DNA from: an uncultured Acetobacteraceae bacterium
GTDB lineage: Bacteria; Pseudomonadota; Alphaproteobacteria; Acetobacterales; Acetobacteraceae
Assembly (NCBI GenBank): GCA_964252425.1
Contig: CAXUNK010000002.1
Location: forward strand, 1 to 56,952
DNA: 56,952 nt
Direction: 5' to 3'
The notes under the pieces were generated by a model. The model had not been told where the DNA came from. It saw only the letters and a list, made by a program, of their open reading frames with translations, and searched no databases. This document shows, piece after piece, positions 8,691 to 18,319 of the stretch. The position numbers were made by a program, and so were the translations under genes. Within the stretch, counting starts at the first letter, position 1; each line of letters opens with the position of its first letter.

Positions 8691-11600
8691 TCACAGCGTC
8701 ATGGCACTCATATCCAGCCAGGCATGACGCTTCTTCATATCGGCGATGAGGGCGATCTTGTTGTTCTTTATGTCGGTCGACGTGTGCAGCATCGATTGGT
8801 CGTGCGCGCGGTAGTCGGCCAGCACCTCCTGCACATGCTCGCCCCACAAGCCGAGCTCGACCAGGCGGCACCAGAAATCATAGTCCTCCCAGCCAAAGCG
8901 GACATGATCATAGCCGCCGGCAGCCGCCCATGCATCGCGCCGCACCAGTGCCATAGCGTCGATGAAATTGCCGCTGACCAGGCGCGCGGCCAGGAACGGT
9001 TCGTCACCGATGAGAAGATTGTCTTTGCCGAAGCGCTGAATGGTGGGGTAGGCGAAGGCCGCACCAGAGCCGCGCAGCCGTGCGGCAAGGTGCGCGGCGG
9101 CATCCGGCCGCAGCGTGTTGTCGGCATCCAGCGGCAGGACGTAGGGCGTCTCCGCAAGATCGAACCCGGTGTTGCGTCCAAAGCCCAACCCTGCATTGAC
9201 CGCGTGCTTGACGACGAGGATGCGGTTGAACCGCTCGGCATGCTGCTCTGCCCATTCCAGGATCACGGACAGCGACGCATCCTGTGAGCAATCCTCGACG
9301 ACGATCAGGTCGAGCACAGGCGCGGTTTGCGCGTGAACCGAGTCCAGCGCCTCGCGCACGTAATGGGCGTAGTTATACACCGGGATGATCACGGTCACCT
9401 CAGCCTGCCCAAGGCGGTCGCGCTGGAAGACGATGTCGCGCTCCGGCAGATGCGGCGGGGTCCTGGGCTGCTGGGCCGCCAGCAGGTCGAGCAGCATCGC
9501 GCGCGCAGCCACCCGCCCGCCACGCGCCTGGTCCAGCATGGAGCCGAGGGCTGCCGCATGGTGCAGCGGTCCGAACCGCCACAGCACATCCAGATAGGCC
9601 GCATGCGCCACGCGCCGGCGCAGCGCCGCATCGCCCGCCAGCGCGGACAGCGCGTCAAACCACTCCTCCTCGCTGTTGGCCAAATACCCCGTCCGCCCAT
9701 GCTCTATCGCGCGCCGGTAAGGTCCGGTCGGCGAAGCTATGGTCGCCACGCCGGCCAGCGCTGCCTCCCAATATTTCAGCTCGCTCTTGGCCTCGCAGAA
9801 CGGGTTTCCAACCTGCAAGGGCGCCAGGTTTATATCGAACCGCGCAATCTCCGCCGCGAGATCGACCAGCGCCACCTTGTCGCGCCACTCGATCCGATCG
9901 TGCAGTTTCGCCAGTTCCTCGAACTCTTCCGCGATGACGATACCCTCGCCGCTATCCGGGTCGCGGAACAGCACAAGCCGGCATTTCTCGTCCGCGCGCA
10001 GCAGCCTCGCGATCGCACCCACCGCCGCCGCAAAATCCTTCTGGTGCGTGCGTGTGCCGCTCGCGTAGCCGATGCGTACGAGCCCGTCATTCTCGGATTG
10101 CGAACGCTGCCGCACCGCCAGGCGCGAGCGTCGCCAGGTCTCCTCGTTCCAGCAATTCGGCACGACAAAGCTCGGCTTCTTGAACAGTCGCAAATGCGAG
10201 GCGAGTTCGGCCGTGGTGCAGGTGCATAGGTCGGCGGCCCGAACGCTCTGATTCACCCGGACATAGAAGCGCTGCACATCCAGCTCGGACAGTCGCTGCG
10301 AGCGTATGCCGTCGATCAGCACGTTGCGGGCAAGTTCCGGCCTGAACATCAAGTCGTCCACGTCGAAGATCGTGACGATTCCGGTCTTGCGGCAGTGATT
10401 GAAGATTCGGTCGATGTCGGCGGACCATGTGGCGCGCCAGATGACCACCATGTCGGCGCCTTCAAGGCGTGCGTTGGTGGCCGCCTCTATGGTCATCGCC
10501 TCAGCTTGCCACCCCAACAGCACGGCGGAGTGCACGGCGCGCAGCACACGGTAGTCGTGGCCGGGCGTGTCGTGCTCGCCGGAGACGAACACCAGGCGTT
10601 GACCAAGCCCGCTGCGAACCGGCGCCACCGGCCGCGGCGTGGCCGTCGGCTTGGCGGCGGGCTTGGATGTGGCCGGCAACGCTGCTTGCGCCGGAGGCGA
10701 ATCTCCATTGGGTGGCGCGGATCGGGCTGGTGGTGGTGACGCCTCTTGTCGGATCGCACCACCCTGCGCTGGTGATGTCGCGTTGGTGGGCTGCGCAGGC
10801 CGAGCCTCGGCCGAAGCGGGCAGCGGCTTCGGCGGCACTGACGGGGAGATTGAGGCTGACCTGAGCGCCGGACGGCCCGAGCCGCCCCGAGCCAGCCGCA
10901 CCATGGCCCGCAGGCTGCGGCGCATCGGCCGGGGGACCAGCCGGGCAGTCCTCGTCAACGCCATCATCAGCCGCCAACTGGTCGATTGCAGTATGATCTC
11001 GCGTTCGCCTTGAAGGTTGCCGAGATGGGCGTGCAGCCACGCATTCTCACCCTGCAGCCATGCCGCCTCTGCCTGGGCGAGGGCCAATTCACCTTGTGCC
11101 CAAGCCGCTTGCGCCAGATGCCAAGCGATCTCGCTCTCCCGAGCGGCCAACTCGCTTTCGCGCCAGGCGGACTCGGTCTGGGTAAACGACAGTTGCGACA
11201 GCGCGTGGTTGAGATCATTGCGCAGGTTCTCCACATCGTATTGCAGCCCGGCCGTGCGGGTCAGCAGAACCTCCTTTTCCTGCTCGAACAGCGCTGCCTG
11301 CTTTTCCACGCGCCCGCGCTCATGCGCGATGCGCGCCTGCGCATCCTGGTGCGCCGCCTCGATTGCCTCCGCTTGCCGGTCCAGTTCGGCGCGAAGTTCG
11401 CCGGCCGCCGCGTCCTGCTCCAATCGCAGGTAATCCTGTTCCCATCGTTCCCCAAGCAGGCTGAAGCGTGCGCGCAGCCGCGCCACCTCCGGCGACCGGC
11501 ACAGCGCCAAAACTTCGCCGGGCGCCTCCGGCCCGTAAGCCAGCACGCCCAGACCATGGCTGTGCAGGAATTCGAAATGCTCGTGTCGTCGTTTAAGCTC

Positions 11601-12173
11601 GTCCCATAACCGCCAAACGCCGAAATCGAGCGCACGCTCGTTTGTGTCGTGAAACAGCACGACGGCTCTGGCCGAGAGTTTCGGGCGCCAGCTTTCGAAA
11701 TCGTGGAACACATCCTCGTAGCGGTGGCGGCCATCGATATGCAGTAGATCGATGCTGCCATCGCTGAAGAACGGCAGCGCTTCGTCGAAAGTGCACCGCA
11801 TCAACCGTGAAAAGGCGGCGAAATGCCGATCATGAAACGCCGCCAGGTCGGCGAAGATGCTCTCGTCATAGAACCCGGCATGCTCGTCGCCCTGCCACGT
11901 GTCGATGGCGTAGCACCGCGCATCCACACCAGACCGCTGGGCTGCATCGCAGAACGCGACGTAGGACACGCCGGCATGCGCGCCCAACTCGACCAGACAG
12001 CCAGGCCGCGCCGCTGCCATCAACCAATGTGCGAACGGGACATGCCCATACCACGCGCTGACCACACCCAACCGTGCCGGGCGCCAGAAAAGCGGATCGA
12101 GCGGGTCGGCCGTTAGGTGATCAAGCTGACCGCCAATGCTGGTGATGCTGTCCACGGCGCTGCCCCGATCCAT
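8691..12173 (-). CDS. Multidomain glycan enzyme: class I SAM methyltransferase + coiled coil + Pro/Ala linker + GT-B (GT4-like) + GT2
   Basis: VELGAHAGVSY, IDTWQGDEHAG, LLHIDGRH.YE (Methyltransf_24-like); RIGYASGTRTH, AKSELKYWEA (GT-B); VIIPVYNY, LPLDADN, WEDYD (GT2). Confidence 0.9.
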   Translation of the reverse strand: MDRGSAVDSITSIGGQLDHLTADPLDPLFWRPARLGVVSAWYGHVPFAHWLMAAARPGCLVELGAHAGVSYVAFCDAAQRSGVDARCYAIDTWQGDEHAGFYDESIFADLAAFHDRHFAAFSRLMRCTFDEALPFFSDGSIDLLHIDGRHRYEDVFHDFESWRPKLSARAVVLFHDTNERALDFGVWRLWDELKRRHEHFEFLHSHGLGVLAYGPEAPGEVLALCRSPEVARLRARFSLLGERWEQDYLRLEQDAAAGELRAELDRQAEAIEAAHQDAQARIAHERGRVEKQAALFEQEKEVLLTRTAGLQYDVENLRNDLNHALSQLSFTQTESAWRESELAARESEIAWHLAQAAWAQGELALAQAEAAWLQGENAWLHAHLGNLQGEREIILQSTSWRLMMALTRTARLVPRPMRRSLRAMVRLARGGSGRPALRSASISPSVPPKPLPASAEARPAQPTNATSPAQGGAIRQEASPPPARSAPPNGDSPPAQAALPATSKPAAKPTATPRPVAPVRSGLGQRLVFVSGEHDTPGHDYRVLRAVHSAVLLGWQAEAMTIEAATNARLEGADMVVIWRATWSADIDRIFNHCRKTGIVTIFDVDDLMFRPELARNVLIDGIRSQRLSELDVQRFYVRVNQSVRAADLCTCTTAELASHLRLFKKPSFVVPNCWNEETWRRSRLAVRQRSQSENDGLVRIGYASGTRTHQKDFAAAVGAIARLLRADEKCRLVLFRDPDSGEGIVIAEEFEELAKLHDRIEWRDKVALVDLAAEIARFDINLAPLQVGNPFCEAKSELKYWEAALAGVATIASPTGPYRRAIEHGRTGYLANSEEEWFDALSALAGDAALRRRVAHAAYLDVLWRFGPLHHAAALGSMLDQARGGRVAARAMLLDLLAAQQPRTPPHLPERDIVFQRDRLGQAEVTVIIPVYNYAHYVREALDSVHAQTAPVLDLIVVEDCSQDASLSVILEWAEQHAERFNRILVVKHAVNAGLGFGRNTGFDLAETPYVLPLDADNTLRPDAAAHLAARLRGSGAAFAYPTIQRFGKDNLLIGDEPFLAARLVSGNFIDAMALVRRDAWAAAGGYDHVRFGWEDYDFWCRLVELGLWGEHVQEVLADYRAHDQSMLHTSTDIKNNKIALIADMKKRHAWLDMSAMTL

Positions 12174-12185
12174 CCAAGCCAGGTA

Positions 12186-13091
12186 TCACGCAAGCGGCCA
12201 CAACCAAGCCGCCCCGCGCACCCCAGAGCTATCGCCGTGCAGGTTACACACCACCGGTGTGCTCGCGCCATCCGCGAGTACGTGTCGCACCATCAACCTG
12301 GGCACGATGTCGTAGAGGTGTTGCATAGCTGACAGACCACCTCCCAGCACGATCACGTCCGGGTCCAGGATGTTGGCCACCATGGCGAGCCCGCGCGCCA
12401 GCCGGTCCGCGTGCCGTGCCAGCGCCGCCTGTGCCCGCGCGTCGCCGAAGGATGCCCGGGCCGGCAAGCCGCTCGCATCCGCATGGCCAGGTCCATCGCA
12501 ATCAGCGGCCAATGACGGGCCGGCGAGGTAGCGCTCCAGGCATCCGCTATGTCCGCAAAAACAGGGTTTGGGCGGCAGGTCGGCGGGCTCGGGCCAGGGC
12601 AGGGGCGTGTGGCCCCATTCGCCCGCGATCCGGTGACGTCCGGCCAGCAACCGCCCGTCCGCCACGATCCCACCCCCGCATCCGGTTCCCAATATTACAC
12701 CGAATACGACGCTGTGGCCGGCGCCCGCACCATCGGCCGCTTCCGACAACGCGAAGCAGTTGGCGTCGTTCTCAACTCGGACCTCCCGGCCGAGCAGCGC
12801 CGACACGTCGCGGTCGAAAGCCTGTCCGTTCAGCCAGACGGAGTTGGCGTTGCGCACCAGCCCGGTCGTCGGACTGATGGCGCCCGGGATTCCCACCCCA
12901 ACACTGCACTTTTGGCCCACCGCGGCCTCAGCCTCGGCCACCAGGCCCGCCACCACCATCAACGACTCGCTATAGACGCGCGGGTTGAGCACACGGCGCC
13001 GAAAGGCGATGCCGCCGTCTGCGCCCAACACAACGATCTCGATTTTGGTGCCGCCGAAATCTACTCCGACCCGGTATGGTCCCACGGGCAT
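12186..13091 (-). CDS. mak: ROK-family sugar kinase (fructokinase Mak-like)
   Basis: GVDFGGTKIE, ENDANC, GTGCGGG, GEWGH, CFCG..GCLE, LGGGLS, HGDSSGVRGAAWLW. Confidence 0.88.
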   Translation of the reverse strand: MPVGPYRVGVDFGGTKIEIVVLGADGGIAFRRRVLNPRVYSESLMVVAGLVAEAEAAVGQKCSVGVGIPGAISPTTGLVRNANSVWLNGQAFDRDVSALLGREVRVENDANCFALSEAADGAGAGHSVVFGVILGTGCGGGIVADGRLLAGRHRIAGEWGHTPLPWPEPADLPPKPCFCGHSGCLERYLAGPSLAADCDGPGHADASGLPARASFGDARAQAALARHADRLARGLAMVANILDPDVIVLGGGLSAMQHLYDIVPRLMVRHVLADGASTPVVCNLHGDSSGVRGAAWLWPLA

Positions 13092-13144
13092 TCGGGCGAC
13101 CTTCGCTCCACTGCGCCGACGCACGAACGTCGCGTGAGAGGCCA

Positions 13145-13165
13145 AGGGCTTTGCCCCTGGACCCC
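13145..13165. repeat. REP-like palindrome of the same family as 70-90
   Basis: AGGGC-ttt-GCCCCTGGACCCC, intergenic downstream of clpP. Confidence 0.55.
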
Positions 13166-13197
13166 GTCACGCATGCGCGTGCTTCCACAACTTCTTA

Positions 13198-13890
13198 TCA
13201 GGCCGCGTTCAGCTCCTTCAGGCTCGCGATCGTGCGGGACAGCATTCCGTAGGCGATCGCCTCCTCGGCACTCATCCAGTAATTCCGGTCCGTGTCCTTT
13301 GCGACCTTTTCGTAAGATTGACCCGTCTCGTGCGCGATCAGCCGGTTCAGCCTCTCGCGCATCTTCACGATCTCTCTCGCCTCGATCGCGATATCCACCG
13401 CCGGCCCGCGCACGCCGCCCATGGGCTGATGCAATAGAAACCTGGTCTGCGGCAGGCAAAACCGGCGCTCCTTCTTGCCCGCCAGGAAGATCAGCGCGCC
13501 CGCACTGGCCACCCAGCCCGTACCGATCATACGCACCGGCGCTTCGGCATCCACGAAACGGATCATGTCATGGATGGTGTCCCCACTCTCCACGTGCCCG
13601 CCAGGCGAGTTCACATACACGTCGATCGGCTCGGCCGAAGCCCCGGCCAGCGCCAGCAGGCGCCCTGTGACGTCACGCGCCACCTTGTCGTCAATTGCCC
13701 CGAAAATCAGCACCTTGCGCTGCTTCAGCAGCCGGTGCTCCAACTCGTTGATCGGCGAACCCAGCGTCTTGTTGTCGTCCGGCTCCTTCTTCTCCGGTCC
13801 GATCGGTTCCGGAACATCAGGTCCTTCCGGATCGTGGTCCGGGTCCTCTTCGTCCAGCCTCACCCTCATCGTCCATTCCGTCTGCGTCAT
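13198..13890 (-). CDS. clpP: Clp protease proteolytic subunit
   Basis: YVNSPGG, VASAG (Ser), LLHQP (His), DTDRNYWM; AGGAG upstream of ATG 13890; acidic N-terminal extension. Confidence 0.93.
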   Translation of the reverse strand: MTQTEWTMRVRLDEEDPDHDPEGPDVPEPIGPEKKEPDDNKTLGSPINELEHRLLKQRKVLIFGAIDDKVARDVTGRLLALAGASAEPIDVYVNSPGGHVESGDTIHDMIRFVDAEAPVRMIGTGWVASAGALIFLAGKKERRFCLPQTRFLLHQPMGGVRGPAVDIAIEAREIVKMRERLNRLIAHETGQSYEKVAKDTDRNYWMSAEEAIAYGMLSRTIASLKELNAA

Positions 13891-13970
13891 CGCGTGCCAA
13901 AACTCCTGGGCCACTCGTGCCCGAAGGTGGGACGAGCCGGCATCGTTGTCGAGGCCAGGCGGGCAGTCGC

Positions 13971-15494
13971 TCATCCGGCATGATCGCCGGCCGGCACGGT
14001 GCCGAACCGGCTGGCCGTGCCCCAGCTCCGCTGCCCGGTCAGGAAGACAAACCAGCCCAACGCCGCCCCGCTATGGCGAAACACCTGGAAGGTGAACGGC
14101 TCGGCCAGCGCCGCGAGCAACGCATGGCTCAGCCGTGTGGACCGGTCGTCCCCCGTCCAGCGCCGATACAGCACAACCGACCAGAGATGAAAGCTGAGGT
14201 CGATGACGATTTTCCCGAGCATCACGCCCACCGCCGGCAACAGCACGCCAAACTGCCCGCGCACCAGGAACCAGCCCAGCAGCCCCAGCGCAGTCAGTCC
14301 GTAGATCGGCTGCAGCGTATCGGCCGCCTTGACCGGCAGCATCGCCACACCCAGCCACCCGTATCGTCGCGCGCCGACCATGTCGCGATACCAGTACTGC
14401 GTCTGCAGAAACCCGCCGAACCAGCGTCTGCGCTGGCGCAGAAACGCGCCCGCACTGCCCGGAGCGTCCGTCACCGCCCGCGCCCGCCCCAGAACCGTGC
14501 TGTGCCAGCCCCGCCGGCGCAGTGCAGAAAACCGCAGCAGACGATGGATCAGCTCGTAATCCTCGACGAGGCAGTCGGAGTCGAACCCGCCGACTTCGAC
14601 CACGGCCTCACGACGAAACCCGGCAAACGCCCCGCTGATCAACAGCAGCGAGTTCAGGCGGCTCCACGCGTAGCGCGACAGGAAATTGCGAATGTATTCA
14701 TACGTCTGGAACCACTCGAAGAACCGCCCCGCCGCGTCCCGCCCGCAGAGCGGCGTCAGCACCCCGGTCGCCGCCACCAGCCCAGGGTCGGCGGCAAACG
14801 CCGCCCGCATCGCGCCAATCGCGCCCTCATGCAGCAACGTATCGGCGTCAACTGTCAGCACCACCTCCGTCCGAACCAGCTCCAGTGCCACGTTCAGCGC
14901 CCGTGCCTTGCCCCCATGCGGCAGCCGCAACCAGCGGAGCCCGGCATGCGTGGGCGACGGTTCGCTCAGCACGCCGAGCGGCGGCGGGGCCAGACCAAAA
15001 CCGGCCAGCAGCGCGGCCGTACCATCGATGGAGCCGTCATCTGCGACGACGATCTCATCCGGCGCGTCGGTCTGGGCAAACAGGCAGCTCAGCGTCTGCG
15101 GCAGGATCGCCGCCTCATTACGCGCTGCCACGATCACCCCAAGGCTCACGGGCGACACGCCGGGCGCCGACGGGGCAGGCCGGCGCCACAGGGAAAGTGT
15201 CTGCCAGAACACAAAGCCTAGAAGCACCGTATCGTAACCCACGTAGACCACACCCGTGGACCACGCGAACACGCCGCCCCCGCCGAAGGCGCGCGCCAGC
15301 AGCACGAGCCAAAGGCCGAGCACCGCGCCATGGATCAGCAGGCTCGCCGCCGGCGTCGGTGGTGGCGCTGCCCGTGGCGAGGTTGCACGAAAGGACTGGA
15401 TCAAACTCTGGGTCAGGGCTGCATATCCTGGCGCGGGCGGGCTTGGGACAAGGCGCGTCACATGCCAATGTGGTCGTAAACCCGCCCAGCGCAT
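13971..15494 (-). CDS. Membrane-bound processive GT2 (PgaC/cellulose-synthase-like)
   Basis: AARNE, DDGS.D, GGKA.ALN, VDADT, VEDYEL and QRRRW (D,D,D,QxxRW) with flanking TM helices; true start probably downstream of 15494. Confidence 0.88.
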   Translation of the reverse strand: MRWAGLRPHWHVTRLVPSPPAPGYAALTQSLIQSFRATSPRAAPPPTPAASLLIHGAVLGLWLVLLARAFGGGGVFAWSTGVVYVGYDTVLLGFVFWQTLSLWRRPAPSAPGVSPVSLGVIVAARNEAAILPQTLSCLFAQTDAPDEIVVADDGSIDGTAALLAGFGLAPPPLGVLSEPSPTHAGLRWLRLPHGGKARALNVALELVRTEVVLTVDADTLLHEGAIGAMRAAFAADPGLVAATGVLTPLCGRDAAGRFFEWFQTYEYIRNFLSRYAWSRLNSLLLISGAFAGFRREAVVEVGGFDSDCLVEDYELIHRLLRFSALRRRGWHSTVLGRARAVTDAPGSAGAFLRQRRRWFGGFLQTQYWYRDMVGARRYGWLGVAMLPVKAADTLQPIYGLTALGLLGWFLVRGQFGVLLPAVGVMLGKIVIDLSFHLWSVVLYRRWTGDDRSTRLSHALLAALAEPFTFQVFRHSGAALGWFVFLTGQRSWGTASRFGTVPAGDHAG

Positions 15495-15556
15495 CGCCGG
15501 CGCGGTTTAACAATGCGCCATGCGCCGCGGCGCACAAACATCGTCGGGAGGCCGCC

Positions 15557-16177
15557 CTGTCCGCCACCAATCTCTCCGCCACCATTCCTGCAACCAACCA
15601 GCCGGCGCGCTACACGCGGCTGGCCATGCTGTTCCACTGGCTGGTGGCGCTCGGCATCGCGTGCAACTTCCTGATTATCTGGACCGTGGACGGCCTGCCC
15701 AAATCGGCCGAGCGGCCGATGATCAACCTGCACAAATCGATCGGCCTCACCGTGCTGGGGCTGGCCGTCATGCGGTTGCTGTGGCGCTACGCGAACCCGC
15801 CGCCTCCTATGCCAGCCGATTATCGCCCGTGGGAGCGCGTTCTGGCCCATGCCACGCACTACAGCCTCTACGCCCTAATCTTCCTCATGCCGCTCACCGG
15901 TTGGATTCACGACAGCGCCTGGAAAGGCGCGCCGCAGAACCCGCTCACCCTTTACGGCATCATCCCCTGGTTCCGCATCGGCTTCATCAAAAACCAGGAT
16001 CCGGCAACCAAGGAGCAGATCCACAGCACCTTCGCCCAGATCCACGGCGCGCTCGGCTGGGTGCTGCTGGCGCTGGTGGCCCTGCACATCGCCGGCGCGC
16101 TGAAACACCAATGGCTGGACCGGCGGCCGGAACTGCAACGGATGCTGCCCGGCTCGGCACAAGCTATCGGCGAATGA
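15557..16177 (+). CDS. Cytochrome b561
   Basis: RYTRLAMLFHW, LHKSIG, HYSLY, IHG..LHIAGALKHQ heme ligands; GGGAGG RBS precedes a CTG at 15557 (start inferred). Confidence 0.88.
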   Translation: MSATNLSATIPATNQPARYTRLAMLFHWLVALGIACNFLIIWTVDGLPKSAERPMINLHKSIGLTVLGLAVMRLLWRYANPPPPMPADYRPWERVLAHATHYSLYALIFLMPLTGWIHDSAWKGAPQNPLTLYGIIPWFRIGFIKNQDPATKEQIHSTFAQIHGALGWVLLALVALHIAGALKHQWLDRRPELQRMLPGSAQAIGE

Positions 16178-16838
16178 ACCGCCAATAGAGCGGTTGCCGC
16201 CCCGCCGCCCGCGCCTTGGCTTCGTAGCGCGTGGCCGGCCAACCGTCCGGCCGCTCGCTGGAAATTTGCGATAGGCTGAACAGAATCTGCGCGCCCATCA
16301 CCTCCTCGACCCAGGCCTGATAGGTCGGGTCGTCGCTGGCGACCCGCCATTCTGCACCCGGCGCCATCCGGCTGGCGGCAAGTGCGACGATCTCCGGATG
16401 GATGAAGCGGCGCTTGGCGTGCCTGGCTTTGGGCCACGGATCTGGGAACAGGAGGAACAGCCGGTCCACGCTGCCCTCCGGCAGTGCGCGCAGCAAGGCG
16501 CGCGCGTCGTCCGGCCAGATGCGCAGGTTGGCGGGCAGCGGCGCATCGGCCTCTCCACCCTCCGGCACCAGCGCCGCCAATAGCGAGCACAACCCCTGTT
16601 CGAACACCTCGCAGGCGACAAGCAGCGCTTCTGGATGGGCGGCGATCTGCGCTCGGCTATGCTCGCCGCCGCCGAACCCGACTTCCACCCACAACTTGCC
16701 GTATCCGGGCGGCAATGGCTCGGTCGGAGCGAAGCGCAGCCGGGGCAGCGCGACGTCGAGCAGTTTCTGCTGACGCGGGCGCAGCGCGTGCGTGCGTTGG
16801 CGACCATACAACCGGTCGGGCGAGGCTTTGACGTCCAT
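16164..16838 (-). CDS. trmB: tRNA (guanine-N7)-methyltransferase
   Basis: EVGFGGGEH, LFPDPWPKARHAKRR, ASDD, TRYEAKA; 14-bp convergent overlap with cytochrome b561. Confidence 0.96.
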   Translation of the reverse strand: MDVKASPDRLYGRQRTHALRPRQQKLLDVALPRLRFAPTEPLPPGYGKLWVEVGFGGGEHSRAQIAAHPEALLVACEVFEQGLCSLLAALVPEGGEADAPLPANLRIWPDDARALLRALPEGSVDRLFLLFPDPWPKARHAKRRFIHPEIVALAASRMAPGAEWRVASDDPTYQAWVEEVMGAQILFSLSQISSERPDGWPATRYEAKARAAGRQPLYWRFIRR

Positions 16839-16864
16839 CGCCGCGGCTCAGGAACTCGCTTCTG

Positions 16865-17368
16865 TCAGGCGGCGCGCAACGCCCGTGGCAAATTGGCGAT
16901 CGCCTGATCCAGGATCGCCGCCTCCGCGTCCTGGCCCAGCCCACCCTCGATCACCCGCCTGGCGGCAGCCGATGCGATGTCGGCCGCGGTCTGGCGCACT
17001 TCGGTCACCGCAGCCTTCTCCGCGGCGGCTATGCGTTCAAGCGCCATGCGCTCGCGACGCTTGGCCGAAGCCTCGGCTTCGGCGCTGGCACTGCGTTCGA
17101 CCTCCAGAGCCTGCTCCCGGCTGCGCACCAGCATGCGCTCGGCTTCGGCAATCGCCTCCGTACGGGCGCGCTCGGCGTCTCTCAGCATCGTTTCCGCTTC
17201 CGTGCGCAGACGCTGTGCCTCAGCCAGCTCGGCACTGATTGCCCGAGCGCGGCTATCCAGGATGTTGGTCAGCGCCGCCCATAGCCGCCCGCCGAACAGC
17301 ACGAAGAACAGAACGAAGGCGACCAGCACCCAAAATTCGGGATCGCGCAGCAGATGGATCACGTGCAC
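16865..17368 (-). CDS. atpF: ATP synthase F0 subunit b
   Basis: EFWVLVAF TM helix followed by LDSR...AEA.RLR coiled coil; operon position. Confidence 0.93.
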   Translation of the reverse strand: MHVIHLLRDPEFWVLVAFVLFFVLFGGRLWAALTNILDSRARAISAELAEAQRLRTEAETMLRDAERARTEAIAEAERMLVRSREQALEVERSASAEAEASAKRRERMALERIAAAEKAAVTEVRQTAADIASAAARRVIEGGLGQDAEAAILDQAIANLPRALRAA

Positions 17369-17442
17369 ACAACTCCGGTCAAGCTAGTCTGCCACCCACG
17401 AGGCACGTGGACTGGGTCCACGAACAGCCGGCACGTCGCACA

Positions 17443-18015
17443 TCAAAGTCCGCGCTCAGCCAGCACCTGGCCTACCGCCTCGTCCACGCGGTGCTGGTCG
17501 GCATGGCCGGAGGTGACCCGGGCCACCAACGCCGACGCGGTCTCGGACGCCACCTGGCGCACCGCCCCCAATGCCGATACGCGCGCGCCGGCAATCTGAG
17601 CCTCGCTGTCCGCGATCTGCGCATCCAGCCGTGCCTCCTGCTCTGCTGCACGCGCGGCAGCCTGCTCCTTGGCATGCTGCGTCGCCTGGGCCAGGGCCGC
17701 CTCGCTCTGTGCCGCCGCACGATGCCGCGCTTCGGCCTGCTCGGAGGCGGCGCGGTCGGCCGCTACCTTGGAGGCGCGCGCCTGGTCCAGATCGGCCGCG
17801 ATCTTGGCAGACCGCATGTCGAGCACGGCGCCAACCTTGGGCAGGCCCCAGCGAGACACTAGGACGTAGAAGCCGGCGAAGATCACCGCGCCCCAGATCA
17901 CCTGCGGGAGCAGCAGCTCGTCGCGAAAATCCAGCTGCGGCATGGTGTCGGCATGTGCCGTGCCCCACCCGAGCAAAGCGAGCGGGGCGGCATAGGCCAG
18001 TCTCTTCCTACTCAC
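17443..18015 (-). CDS. atpF2: ATP synthase F0 subunit b'
   Basis: MPQLDF...QVIW motif, TM plus coiled coil; between atpE and atpF. Confidence 0.92.
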   Translation of the reverse strand: MSRKRLAYAAPLALLGWGTAHADTMPQLDFRDELLLPQVIWGAVIFAGFYVLVSRWGLPKVGAVLDMRSAKIAADLDQARASKVAADRAASEQAEARHRAAAQSEAALAQATQHAKEQAAARAAEQEARLDAQIADSEAQIAGARVSALGAVRQVASETASALVARVTSGHADQHRVDEAVGQVLAERGL

Positions 18016-18031
18016 CGGAGCGCAGTCGGAC

Positions 18032-18277
18032 TTAGGTGAACAGGATCAGGAACGCGATCAGGAGCGCGAACAACGCCACGGCTTCCGTCAGCGCGAACCC
18101 CAGAATGCCAAGCCCGAACACCTGGTCGCGGGCGGCCGGGTTGCGCGCGATGCTGTTGACCAGTGCCGAAAAGATGTTGCCGATGCCGATGCCCACGCCG
18201 GCCAGCGCGATGACCGCGATACCCGCACCAATCGCCTTGGCAGCCGGAACAAAAGCCTGGGCAGTCTGAACGTCCAT
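18032..18277 (-). CDS. atpE: ATP synthase F0 subunit c (H+-type)
   Basis: GxGxGxG, RNP loop, FALTEA with the proton-binding Glu. Confidence 0.97.
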   Translation of the reverse strand: MDVQTAQAFVPAAKAIGAGIAVIALAGVGIGIGNIFSALVNSIARNPAARDQVFGLGILGFALTEAVALFALLIAFLILFT

Positions 18278-18319
18278 GAGGTCTTTCCTTATATCGAAGA
18301 AGAGCTGCGCACGCGCTCG

